A DNA stretch of 20,000 bases, taken from Elsinoe ampelina. Lineage: Eukaryota. Location: the NCBI GenBank assembly GCA_010093995.1, contig ML992505.1:987832-1007831 (forward strand), in the 5' to 3' direction. Below the pieces are notes generated by a model, which was not told the DNA's origin, did no database searches, and worked only from the letters and a program-made list of their open reading frames with translations. This document shows positions 1-9,131 of this stretch, piece after piece (the stretch's first letter is position 1; each line of letters begins with the position of its first letter). The translations under genes and the position numbers were made by a program.

Positions 1-3000
1 TGTCTGGTCGCTGGACGACCTGCCGGTGTAGCTGTCGATCGAATGGGTGATGGTGATCGAGGAGATTCCTTCTGGGGAGGTGCAAAGATGGGACCGCGAG
101 GCAAACCCGCAGGTGTTGTTGATGGAAGGGGAGAATTCTCCGGCTTTTCTGTGCTTGCAGCGGTCGATGGAAACTGCAAGCGGGAGCCAAAAGGCGTTGA
201 CGAAGCTTTGTCAATGGACTGCTGTGTAACTTGGGGCGTCTCCACGTCTTCTCCAGAACCTTCCTCGCCAGTCTCATCTTCCCATTCTCCTTCCTCAACC
301 TCCTCATCATCCTCTTCTTCATCGCCCTCTTCGCCCTCTCCACCGGATTCGCCCTCCTCGCCCTCCTCGTCCAGATCATCATCAAGTCCCTCTTCGGATG
401 CGGCGGGCGACAAGTCGGAGGAATGAGCGTCTGCTAGATCAACAGGAGGGCTGCCCGCGATCGGTGGCAAGTCATCGTTCTCGACAGACGTTTTGGGTGC
501 TGCGGTGAAGTCAGGTGGCAAAGGAGCGTCCTCTGGCTCTTCTTGCTTGATCTTCGGGGTGGGGTCAGGCGGCAGAGGGATGTCGTCGAACCTATCGGCA
601 GCTGATTTTGCACTGGGTTTAGTGAAGTCGGGCGGCAAAGGAGCATCGTCGGGTGCAGCAGCCTTTGAATCTTCCTTGGGCTTCGAACCGAACAGCGAAG
701 CAGCTGGCTTAGGTGGCGATGCAGGTGTAGATGACTGCAGCGGGGCTTTCTGCGATGCCTTGTCGGGTGTCGCTGGCTGCTTCGCGGTCTCACCAAGTAT
801 GTTACCGAAGGAATTCCCAAACAATGACGCGCCAGCATTTTGGGATCTCGGGAGGTCGTCCTTCGCGGTGCCATCACCCTTGAAGCCACTAACCATTTTG
901 AACCCGCCCAGGCCACCCTTGCTTTCCGGCTTCGGTGCATTTGACGCAGGCTCGTCCTCGGTCATGGTGGCCTCTCTGGAGACTGCTGTACTCTGCGGCG
1001 CAGACGGCTTACCAAAGGAGAAGCCGCTAGATGGCTGTCCGAATGAGCCGCCGGTCGTCGACGGTAACGTGACCGTTGACCCAAAGCTTGGCTGTGCATC
1101 CTTATTCGTTTGCCCAAACGAAGCAAAGGGAGACTGCTTGGGTTGCGTGTTGTTACCAAATGCAGCAAATGGGGATGCGGACGGCTTCTCGCTTGACCCG
1201 AGGGACCCAAATGGCGATGGGGCTGGTTTGTCTCCTCCTGAGGCCCCGAAAGGAGATGTGGTAGAGCTTCCTGTATTTGCAAAAGGCGAAGGCTTATCGG
1301 CCCCTGTGCTGCTCCCAAATGGTGACGCGGTAGGCTTGCTGGCACTAGCAAAGCTTCCGAATGGCGATGCTTTCGGTGCTTCATTATTAGCCCCTCCAAA
1401 TGCGGATCCTGAACTCTGACCAAATTTGGCGAAGCCTGAGGAGCCACCAGCAGCAGCCCCGAAGGCTGATGCTTGTCCAAAAGCTGGCGCATTCGATTGC
1501 GCTGGGGTGTTAGAGGTCCATGGGGACGCTTTGCTGCCCAGTCCACCAGCTGAGCCGAAAGCTGGGCCTGCTGCTGTGCTCCCTGGCGTCGAAGTCGTTC
1601 CAAATGCCGGCTTACCGAAAGCTGGGGTCGCCGAAGAAGTCCCAGGCGTTGATGCTGTACCGAATGCTGGCTTTCCAAAAGCTGGTGCTGCTTGTCCAGA
1701 CGATGGTTGACCACTTGAGCCCCATGGCGATGCCTGGCCACCTAAGGCAGAGGAGCCACCAAATGCTGGAGTACTTGTAGATCCAAAAGCTGGCTTGGAA
1801 GGCTGCCCGAATGTGCTAGATCCGAAGGCGGGAGTGGTCTGTGCTTGAGCAGCTGAAGGAGCTGGTGTGGATTGAGATGCGCTCAATTGGCTCGCCGCCG
1901 GAGTCTGAGCCGCCACACTGGTCAGTTCTGGATACGCGGTTCGCTGCCGGATGGACTCGGTGTACATGATCCACCAAGACGAGAGTTTGCCCTCGTTGTC
2001 CAGAATCATAAGCGCGGGAACGGGTGAAGCCGTCTCTTCCATGTCATCCGAGGTCAGGGGTCGCTTAATTAAGTCTTTGCTTGAAAGATCCAGAGCCTGA
2101 CCAATGGGTGATGTGTCACCCATTCCATCTGAGCTCATTGGCATCTGTGCTCGCCGAGAATCATTTGCCATGTTCGTGGTTGTGTACTTGTCCACAATCA
2201 AGTTCGAAGCAACGTCGGCAGAAAGTGGTGCGCTAGATTTTGTGATGACACCTATATCCGTCCCTGCTGATGACGAGATGACCAATGCATCCTCCAAGCT
2301 TGGTTTCCAGCCCTTGAGTCGTGAGATGAAGTGGTTGGCAGGATGTCGCAGGCCAAACCCTGGTACTGGATCGCCAGTGAATTTGGAGGATGTGAATGAG
2401 TTTGAAGCCTTGTCGCGATGTAGGACGTGATATGTAGAGTCGGTGCTGCCGCTAGTCGGGGTGTGTATGGTCAAAAAGTCGTCGTTCGCCAGCCAGTATA
2501 CCGATGTCATTGGCACTTGACCCTGAAGCTGTGCCGGCGCAGGTATTGATGCTTTTTGGCTACCAATATGGTCAAATTGAGCAGCCGTACCATCCTCGAG
2601 CCCAGCAACCATCTGCTTGCCTTTGGCACTCCAAGATACGCAGCTGACGCCCTCTTTGAAGTAGGCTCCGGATGGACCCGAAACCAGCTTTCGTTCTTTG
2701 AGGTCAGCGATCAGAAGCTGTCCGCCTCCCAGTACCACTGCGAAGAGGTGCGAGAACTCTGGTGCAGGATTCGCAGCTAGAGCTCGCACAGGTATTCCGC
2801 TTGTCGCAAGTTGAAAGGCAGCCTGTTGCTGACCTTGTTGCACTGCTTGGGTATCGTACACAGCGAGTCCACCGCCCTCTTCGGCGGCGATAACCAAGCA
2901 GCTTCCATCAGAGGAGAAGGATACCTGCGAGACTCTTGGTATCTGAATTTTTGCCAGTGGATTGAATGGTTTCGTATTATTATCAGCCGGCGCATCGGAA

Positions 3001-3293
3001 GTGTACGCCTGTCTGACGGAGTCTGTTGTTGCAATGATAAGGCTCTCAGGACCAGCAGCTGCGAGCAATCCTTTCGCGGAAGAGACGCTCAACAGTGATG
3101 CGGTCGGAGGTGGCAGCCTCTCTGAAGGCCATGCCTGCGGCAGAAGCTGAACTTTTGTCTCTCCAGCTATCGCAAGAAAACCAAGCCCATCAGTCTGGAT
3201 GTCCTCAAGGTCGGGACCCTGAGTAACTTGCCCATTGCCTGTCGCGGAGGATGCTGTGCTCGCTGCGCCCACGTTGCCGAAGCTCCAGGACAT
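1..3293 (-). CDS. NUP159: FG-nucleoporin Nup159/Nup214 family, 5' part only (at least 1097 codons; continues beyond the left edge of the window)
   Basis: Manual translation from ATG at 3293-3291 gives MSWSFGNVGAAST...GPDLEDIQTDGLGFLAIAGETKVQLLPQAWPSERLPPPTASLLSVSSAKGLLAAAGPESLIIATT, the typical start of the Nup159 beta-propeller. It is followed by many PAFG/SPFG/SFG repeats (about 1000-1850), DAPLPPDF repeats (506-650) and an E/D-rich tract (about 260-420). The frame is the same at both ends, so no intron is needed. The ORF track lacks it, as expected if no stop lies inside the window. Confidence 0.93.
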   Translation of the reverse strand, partial: MSWSFGNVGAASTASSATGNGQVTQGPDLEDIQTDGLGFLAIAGETKVQLLPQAWPSERLPPPTASLLSVSSAKGLLAAAGPESLIIATTDSVRQAYTSDAPADNNTKPFNPLAKIQIPRVSQVSFSSDGSCLVIAAEEGGGLAVYDTQAVQQGQQQAAFQLATSGIPVRALAANPAPEFSHLFAVVLGGGQLLIADLKERKLVSGPSGAYFKEGVSCVSWSAKGKQMVAGLEDGTAAQFDHIGSQKASIPAPAQLQGQVPMTSVYWLANDDFLTIHTPTSGSTDSTYHVLHRDKASNSFTSSKFTGDPVPGFGLRHPANHFISRLKGWKPSLEDALVISSSAGTDIGVITKSSAPLSADVASNLIVDKYTTTNMANDSRRAQMPMSSDGMGDTSPIGQALDLSSKDLIKRPLTSDDMEETASPVPALMILDNEGKLSSWWIMYTESIRQRTAYPELTSVAAQTPAASQLSASQSTPAPSAAQAQTTPAFGSSTFGQPSKPAFGSTSTPAFGGSSALGGQASPWGSSGQPSSGQAAPAFGKPAFGTASTPGTSSATPAFGKPAFGTTSTPGSTAAGPAFGSAGGLGSKASPWTSNTPAQSNAPAFGQASAFGAAAGGSSGFAKFGQSSGSAFGGANNEAPKASPFGSFASASKPTASPFGSSTGADKPSPFANTGSSTTSPFGASGGDKPAPSPFGSLGSSEKPSASPFAAFGNNTQPKQSPFASFGQTNKDAQPSFGSTVTLPSTTGGSFGQPSSGFSFGKPSAPQSTAVSREATMTEDEPASNAPKPESKGGLGGFKMVSGFKGDGTAKDDLPRSQNAGASLFGNSFGNILGETAKQPATPDKASQKAPLQSSTPASPPKPAASLFGSKPKEDSKAAAPDDAPLPPDFTKPSAKSAADRFDDIPLPPDPTPKIKQEEPEDAPLPPDFTAAPKTSVENDDLPPIAGSPPVDLADAHSSDLSPAASEEGLDDDLDEEGEEGESGGEGEEGDEEEDDEEVEEGEWEDETGEEGSGEDVETPQVTQQSIDKASSTPFGSRLQFPSTAASTEKPENSPLPSTTPAGLPRGPIFAPPQKESPRSPSPIRSTATPAGRPATR
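1000..1850 (-). repeat. FG-repeat coding region of NUP159 (PAFG, SPFG, AFGKPAFG units)
   Basis: Translation includes AAPAFGKPAFGTASTPG, TPAFGKPAFGTTSTPG, KASPFGSF, TASPFGSS, TTSPFGAS, APSPFGSL, QPSFGST, GGSFGQP and FSFGKP. Confidence 0.9.
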
Positions 3294-3732
3294 TGTGGAA
3301 CGCGCTTCAAGAGCTGTGAGTGATATTCCAGAGCAGTCCTTCCTCCGCGTCTCCTCCGCAGAGTATAGAACGTGTCTTCGCCACTCAGATCATCAGCAGA
3401 TTGATGTGTCAGTACAGTTTTGGGGTTCTTGTAATAGTATCCTTATTGGCGTCTTCCTGCTGATCTCGGTTCGCATATATTAATGTGTTGTGGTGAATTC
3501 AACGTGATTCTCGATTTTAATGCAGATTACACGCGACAAGAGTAGAGCTTTGGTGCACGGACCCGGCAAGCTCCAGGCAGAGCAGGACGCCGTCACCAAC
3601 AGCTGCCTGTCTTGCATCCGCACATCGCATCTCATCACCGCCGACAATCACTTCATTTCTGTCAGGCTCCAGGCTCTGTCCAGTATCGCCTTCTCAAACC
3701 ACACGCCGACCGCACTACAGGTTGCTTCCGCC
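3294..3732. promoter_or_regulatory. Divergent (bidirectional) promoter region shared by NUP159 and PUP1
   Basis: 439 bp between two head-to-head ATGs. Contains an AT-rich patch (TATATTAAT near 3476-3484), ACGCG at 3531-3535 and AGCTCC/GGAGCT at 3569-3574. Confidence 0.6.
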
Positions 3733-4616
3733 ATGCCTGGCTTCGACTTCTCAAATCACGACCGCAATGTCGCCCTGCACGCACGAGGTGTCCCATTACC
3801 CAAAGCGACTAGCACAGGTACGACGATCGTAGGATGCTTGTATGATGGAGGCGTGGTCATCGCGGCAGACACAAGAGCAACCAGCGGACCCATAGTAGCA
3901 GACAAGGTCAGCTTTCTTCGCATAAAACAATGGAAGCATCTAACACGAATCCGCAGAATTGCGAGAAGCTTCACTACATCTCCCCTCAGATCTGGTGCGC
4001 AGGTGCCGGCACCGCCGCAGACACAGAATTCACCACAGCCCTCATCTCCTCGAATCTCGAACTCCACGCTCTCTCCACAGGCCGCAAGCCCCGTGTCGCA
4101 ACATGCATGACCATGCTCAAGCAGCATCTCTTCCGCTACCAAGGACACATCGGAGCCTACCTCGTCGTGGCTGGGGTTGATCCTAATGGTGCACACCTCT
4201 TCACTGTTCACGCCCACGGCAGCACGGATAAACTTCCTTACGTGACGATGGGATCTGGTTCATTGGCGGCGATGAGCGTGTTCGAGACACAGTGGCAGCC
4301 AAAGCTCACAAGGGATGACGCGGTGAAGCTGACATCAGATGCCATCTTGGCTGGTATTTTCAACGATCTTGGGTCGGGAAGCAACGTCGATGTTGCCGTC
4401 ATCACATCAGAGAAGACCACGCTTCTCAGGAACTACACTCAGCCAAACCAGAGGGAGAAGAAGATGAGGAACTACAAGTTCCAGAAGGGGACAACCGCGG
4501 TACTGAACGAGAAGATCATCACGAGGGAGGATATCACAAAGTACGTCACCGTTCACGAGATCGGGGAGGAAGAAGGCGCCGGCCAAGTGGCAGAGAAGAT
4601 GGAAGTCGATTCATAG
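3733..4616 (+). CDS. PUP1: 20S proteasome catalytic subunit beta-2 (trypsin-like), 277 aa, 2 exons
   Basis: Exon 1 3733-3906 ([12 protein letters not shown]...[11 protein letters not shown]...[15 protein letters not shown]), intron 3907-3956, exon 2 3957-4616 ([24 protein letters not shown]...MGSGSLAAM...[10 protein letters not shown]). A 29-aa propeptide precedes the catalytic Thr in G|TT. Confidence 0.97.
3907..3956 (+). other. Spliceosomal intron of PUP1 (50 nt)
   Basis: GTCAGC donor, CTAAC branch site at 3940-3944, CAG acceptor. Removal joins ADK|NCEK in frame. Confidence 0.95.
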
Positions 4617-4764
4617 ATGCCGTAGCATCGCGAGCACCAGCTCATGTACTTTTTTAACCCCCACCCCAACCAAAGCAATCGAATCCGCCAGTCATGAAAC
4701 TGATATTCTATCCATACCGACCCACCACTCCATACTCCTCACTTTCCCTCAATCGCATGCATCA

Positions 4765-6408
4765 CTACTTACACCTCTTATCCACAATACTCGCCCCATG
4801 CTCCTCATACTCCTTCTTACTAATCCACATCTGATGAAACGTCCCCAAACTGGCCAGCACACTGCCCCCAATCCACGCCCCAAACTTCTTATCCGTCACC
4901 GCCCCGGACGCATGCACCCTCACCCTCGGATTCGGGTACATGACCGACAACTCGGCCTGAATCCTCTCGGGCAACCGCTCGATCAAACTCCCCGCCCCCG
5001 TGAGCACAATCTGATTCAGCAGCTGCGCGCGACTGTCCACGTCGACCCCGTTCAACGCCGCCTTGACCAGCTCGGGGATCGTCTGCTTCTCCTCCGGCGC
5101 CGGCGAGTTCGGGTCGCGCAACGCGGCCTTGGCGTCGAACAGACCCTCGACGACGCGGAAGCGTTCCACGCCAAACACCTGGTTCCAGCCGTCGGGCATC
5201 TCGAAGGGGCGAGGGGGGAGAGAGCGCGCGGCTTCGAGGTTCTGGTGCACGCCTGCGGGGTCGGTGGCGTCGAGACGGCCGGGGCCGGACCAGACTTGGA
5301 CCATGGATTCTTTGAAGGAGGTGAGGACGCGGTCTTCTTGGAGGCGGCGGAAGGAGGGGGACGGGGGGTGGGTGAATTGGATGAGGGTGGCTTTGGAGTC
5401 TTGGCCTGCGTCGACTTGGGTTTTGGATTTGACGAGGTAGTGGGGTGTGAGAGGGACGGGCGGGTTCATTTGGGAGAACTGGAGGCGGAGTTGGTTGGAG
5501 ATCCAGTTGGAGCCGAGGGGGGAGCGTTGGGTTGCTGGGAGGGGGTCAGTAATGGGTGTATGAATGGGGTAGACGAAGCTCAGATAGATGGGGGCGCAGT
5601 GAGACCACGTGCTCTTTGGCCAAACCAGAAGCCGTCGCTGGTGAGAAAGAGCGCATTGGAGGGAATTCCGGCTGCTTGAGAGATATTTACTGACCTTTCT
5701 TGGTAAAAAAGCCATCCAGTACCGGCGTGACCGAGACCTGATTCGCACCCACATCTATCACCAGCGCATTTGGCTTCCCCGAAGCAAACCTATGCCTCTG
5801 TCAGCTCTCTCCTATACCACACTCCCGACCAGAACCCACGCAGCAAGCATCCCGGTCCTCCCCATCCAAAACGCCGGCACCCCCCAATTCTCAAACGCAA
5901 TCTCCATCGTCTTCTCCCTCGACTTTGACGGATTCCACGCCGGCTCCGTCATCAGCAACGGATTCTCCTCCATCGGTTTCTCCGCCTGCTCCACCACCTT
6001 ATCCATGTCCACATCCCCCTCCCCATCTCCATTCGTGTCGTTTAGCCCGTTCTTGCTCGGCGCCGTCGGCGCTGGCCCCGTCAACCGTGACGTTATGGAG
6101 TACTCGAATAGTTTGGCCGCCACGTCCCAGTCGTCTATTAAGCTTTCTTCGTTGAAGGGGTTCTTGATGTCCATGTGCGCGAGGGGGTTGTGTATCGAGT
6201 TGTCCCCGAAGAGGAGCTTGGAGCCGCCATCTGGTGGGTTGTGCGCGCCGTAGAATGAGGGGACGACGGATTTGGGTATGTCTTCTCCTGCGAAACCTGC
6301 TCGTATCGTGTGCGACCCGGGGTCGAGGACGAGGGCATTGATTTCGTCTCCGGCGTACTCTTGCGCCCCGGGAGGTACGGAGGGATTGAGGGTCGGGTGG
6401 CCAGACAT
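4765..6408 (-). CDS. ARP4: Nuclear actin-related protein Arp4 (NuA4/SWR1/INO80 subunit), 477 aa, 3 exons
   Basis: Exons 6408-5840, 5789-5695 and 5534-4765 (total 1434 nt, divisible by 3). Motifs: [103 protein letters not shown] is followed directly by TGA. Confidence 0.95.
5535..5694 (-). other. ARP4 intron 2 (160 nt, contains a hairpin)
   Basis: GTCAGT donor, ACTGAC branch site, CAG acceptor. Removal joins [13 protein letters not shown] in frame. Confidence 0.88.
5790..5839 (-). other. ARP4 intron 1 (50 nt)
   Basis: GTGGGT donor, GCTGAC branch site, TAG acceptor. Removal joins MLAA|FASGK in frame. Confidence 0.9.
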
Positions 6409-6807
6409 GATTGCGCGTCCCTGATCGCAAAGGTGTTTCGGAGCGATTGAAACGTTGGCGAAGAATGCGAGAAGCTCAAATTGTTGCTGGGGCGTGGAGG
6501 TCAAAAGTGAACTCGCGAAGCTTGAGGTCAGAACGCGCCAAGAACTTCATTCAAACTGGCGTGGTATAGATACGCACTGAAAGGGGTTGATATCACGCGC
6601 TAGAAAAAATGGTCAGGAATTCTGAACAAAAATCTGGCATGACTCTCTATGCTACTCCGACTCCATCGCTTGCCCATGTCGCGTTGAAGCGCCTGCAGTC
6701 ATGAGTATATCATCCCTTTTGTGGTATCTTCCCATAACGACATTGACACCAGCAATCCTCCATATTATCTTGCGGTATGTTCGCAAAGTCTGGCCCAGAT
6801 TCATTTC

Positions 6808-8195
6808 TCATCCCTGCGATCCCTGCCTGCCTTGATCCTGCCTTTCGAGCTCCTTCAAGAAGTCCTCCCACACATTCGCGCTCTCATGGAAGAACTCCAA
6901 GTGCTTGTCGGCGAGACCTCCTAGAGTGTCCCTGAACTCGTCCGCTTTGATCCTCTCGAAATCCTGAACCTCCTTCACCACCTCTTCGTCGAACAGCTCG
7001 CTCAATTTCTTCGCTCCTTCTACTTCATCGTGGAGTCTCCTAATCTGGACTTCCAGCTTCCTGACCTTGTCTCTTCTGCTCGCTTCATGATCGACACCCC
7101 TGACATCTTCTACTTTCTGTCTGATGAATGCTGTGGCCGCTGAAGGACCAATGCCATGTGTGGCGATTGCTGAATTGTTACTCGCAAGGTTGTCTCGTTC
7201 GCTTGTCGCTTTGGCGGCATAGTCTGTGAGTCCCTCGAAGTCAAGCTGTTTCTGCTCCCTAGTCTTGAGAAGTCCTTTGACGCTTCCGCAATAAGCCTCC
7301 ATATCCTTGAGACTGCTGAGATAGTTGTTGTCGGTGTGGTCACGTAAATTCTTCCACAAGGCACTCTGCTGTTCTGTCGTCGCAACAAAAGCGTGTAACT
7401 CGTTCTGAACACCGGGTTCTAGTAGCGCTAATTTGCGCATTTGGTTGGCGAGATCACCGAAATCGTTCTCAAGATCTGATTCGCGACGTGCAACGCGAGC
7501 AACATTCTTTGAGACGTGTGAGAGGTCATCATCGAGCTTATCGCAACGCTCGCGGACTTCGAGGAAACGGCGGTCGGTCTTGTGAGGTTTGGAGAATGCG
7601 TTGAGGAATGAGTCTGTCCATGTCTCAAGGACACCAGGCTGCGCTTCTGATTGCGACATACCGCGAGCGGGACGAGTCTTCATAGTGGCATTCCAGTCGT
7701 TGGATTCGAGGAAGATGGCGAAAAGAGCTGCACGGCGTAGTACGGGATGCATGGCGATCCTTTTTAGGAAACGCTCCAGTGATGATGCGCGACGTGATGT
7801 GAAGTCGTTGCTGAAGCGGTCTCCACGTACATACTCCATCTTGTGCTTGTCCGGAAGTGGCGGTACAGCACATTGTGGATATTCGCGGGAGAGTGTTTTG
7901 TAAAGGAATACGAAGTCGGTGAAGCGGCGGCGTACGCTGATGTGAGAGCTCGCAAAGGATTTGAAGTCGGTCTGTGAGAATTAGGTGCCTGCGATCGCAC
8001 ATAGATCATGGGGCTTACGTCTGTGGTGATGAGGTATGATATGAACTGATTTTGAGTCCCTTCGTTCTCTTTTTGAGGCTTGCCTACTTTGCACTCAAGG
8101 CGACCGTGTGTGCCTGGTCCTGCCAGGTCTTGTGGAGCAGCATCTTCACCAGCCTGCTGCCAATCATCTCCGTGATATCCGCCGTCGTCCTCCAT
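6808..8195 (-). CDS. SNX4: Sorting nexin 4 / Atg24 (PX-BAR). Core form 446 aa, 2 exons; an in-frame upstream ATG at 8669 would give 604 aa
   Basis: Exon 8195-8019 (MEDDGG...LECKVGKPQKENEGTQNQFISYLITTD), intron 8018-7972, exon 7971-6808 with PX motifs VRRRFTDFVFL, VPPLPDKHKMEYVRGDRF, RRASSLERFLKRIAMHPVL and BAR motifs REQKQLDFEGLTDY, EVQDFERIK. Confidence 0.93.
7972..8018 (-). other. SNX4 intron (47 nt)
   Basis: GTAAGC donor, CCTAAT branch site, CAG acceptor. Removal joins ITTD|TDFKSF in frame. Confidence 0.92.
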
Positions 8196-9131
8196 CTTGA
8201 TCTTTCTGCCCTGAGTGGCCGCTAGTCTCACCTTACGCAATCTGTTCGCTTTCACCAGGCGCCAGTCCAAGGGATTACCAGAAGGTGTCGCACCGTGTGA
8301 GTCGCTATGCTCGATGAGTTCCGCAGGTAGATCGTCCTCTCCAGCGCCAGATCCAGCAGTGTGCTGATCGTCCAGGTAGTCCCAGGTGTGGATGTCGTCG
8401 TTGGAGTCGTCAGCCCCACATTCACTTTTCAGGCCGCGGAGCGACGAAGAGACCGAGGCAGAAGAGCAGCCAGCAGGCGGCAACGGCAATGCACCAAGGT
8501 TGATGGTGCCCTCGTACAGGTACGAGGCGGCAGGAGAATTGTCAAACTCACCTGTCTGGAGGTTGTTGTCAGAGGTCGCCAGCTTGGAAGCTGCGACTTG
8601 ACCGTCGTCATTGCCCGCCTGTTCGGCGGCAACTCTACCCGAGGCGCCGCCCTCTCTGGCGCCCTCCATCTTCTCCTTCTTCTTCTTCTCCTTTGCAATT
8701 GCTATACGATTGTAGAAAAGAAACAAAAAAGAGCTGCTGGTATATCATGCGTGGTATAAAAGAGTCTTGAAAAAGTGAGGTGTAAAGAAAAAGGTATAGG
8801 CAGACTCGCTGTGGTCTTCACATGCTTCTTCACATGGCAAGGTCTCCTAGACTTCACTTCACTTAATCTCAGCAAAAGTGATGACGATCGTAGTAGTACC
8901 CATGCGAGCGTCAGACAGCGTGCGCAGACTCTTGATCGTTCGAGTTGAAGTCATTGATGTAGATGGTTGCTAGCAGTGAAAGTCCTCTACCAGCTACCAA
9001 AGACTATGAACGCCTGTCCATCTCCCTCACATCTGCATATAGGACTTCGGCCACAAGCTTGCACAGTCACCTACACGCACCCGAGAACTGCACAATAATA
9101 CCAGATCATCATTCATAATTCATCATCATGA

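Noticed and set aside
43..3483. Plus-strand ORFs 43-426, 493-1419, 1426-1710, 2104-2430, 2962-3150 and 3235-3483, and minus ORFs 434-940 and 962-1741
   Set aside because: Shadows of the long NUP159 frame. The listed plus-strand ORFs all share one register opposite NUP159, and none resembles a known protein.
3520..3732. Upstream in-frame ATG (3520) extending PUP1 by 71 aa
   Set aside because: The family-typical N-terminus MPGFDFSN begins at 3733 with a good GCCATG context, and the upstream stretch lies in the shared promoter.
5535..5694. TPP riboswitch or stwintron in ARP4 intron 2
   Set aside because: The conserved TPP aptamer core segments are absent, and there is no internal branch/acceptor followed by a reconstitutable donor.
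4798..6253. Plus-strand ORFs 4798-5679, 5063-5440 and 5792-6253
   Set aside because: Antisense shadows of GC3-rich ARP4 exons.
8878..8950. GTGATGA box C-like motif between SNX4 and pol eta
   Set aside because: No properly placed CTGA box D, terminal stem or recognisable rRNA guide.
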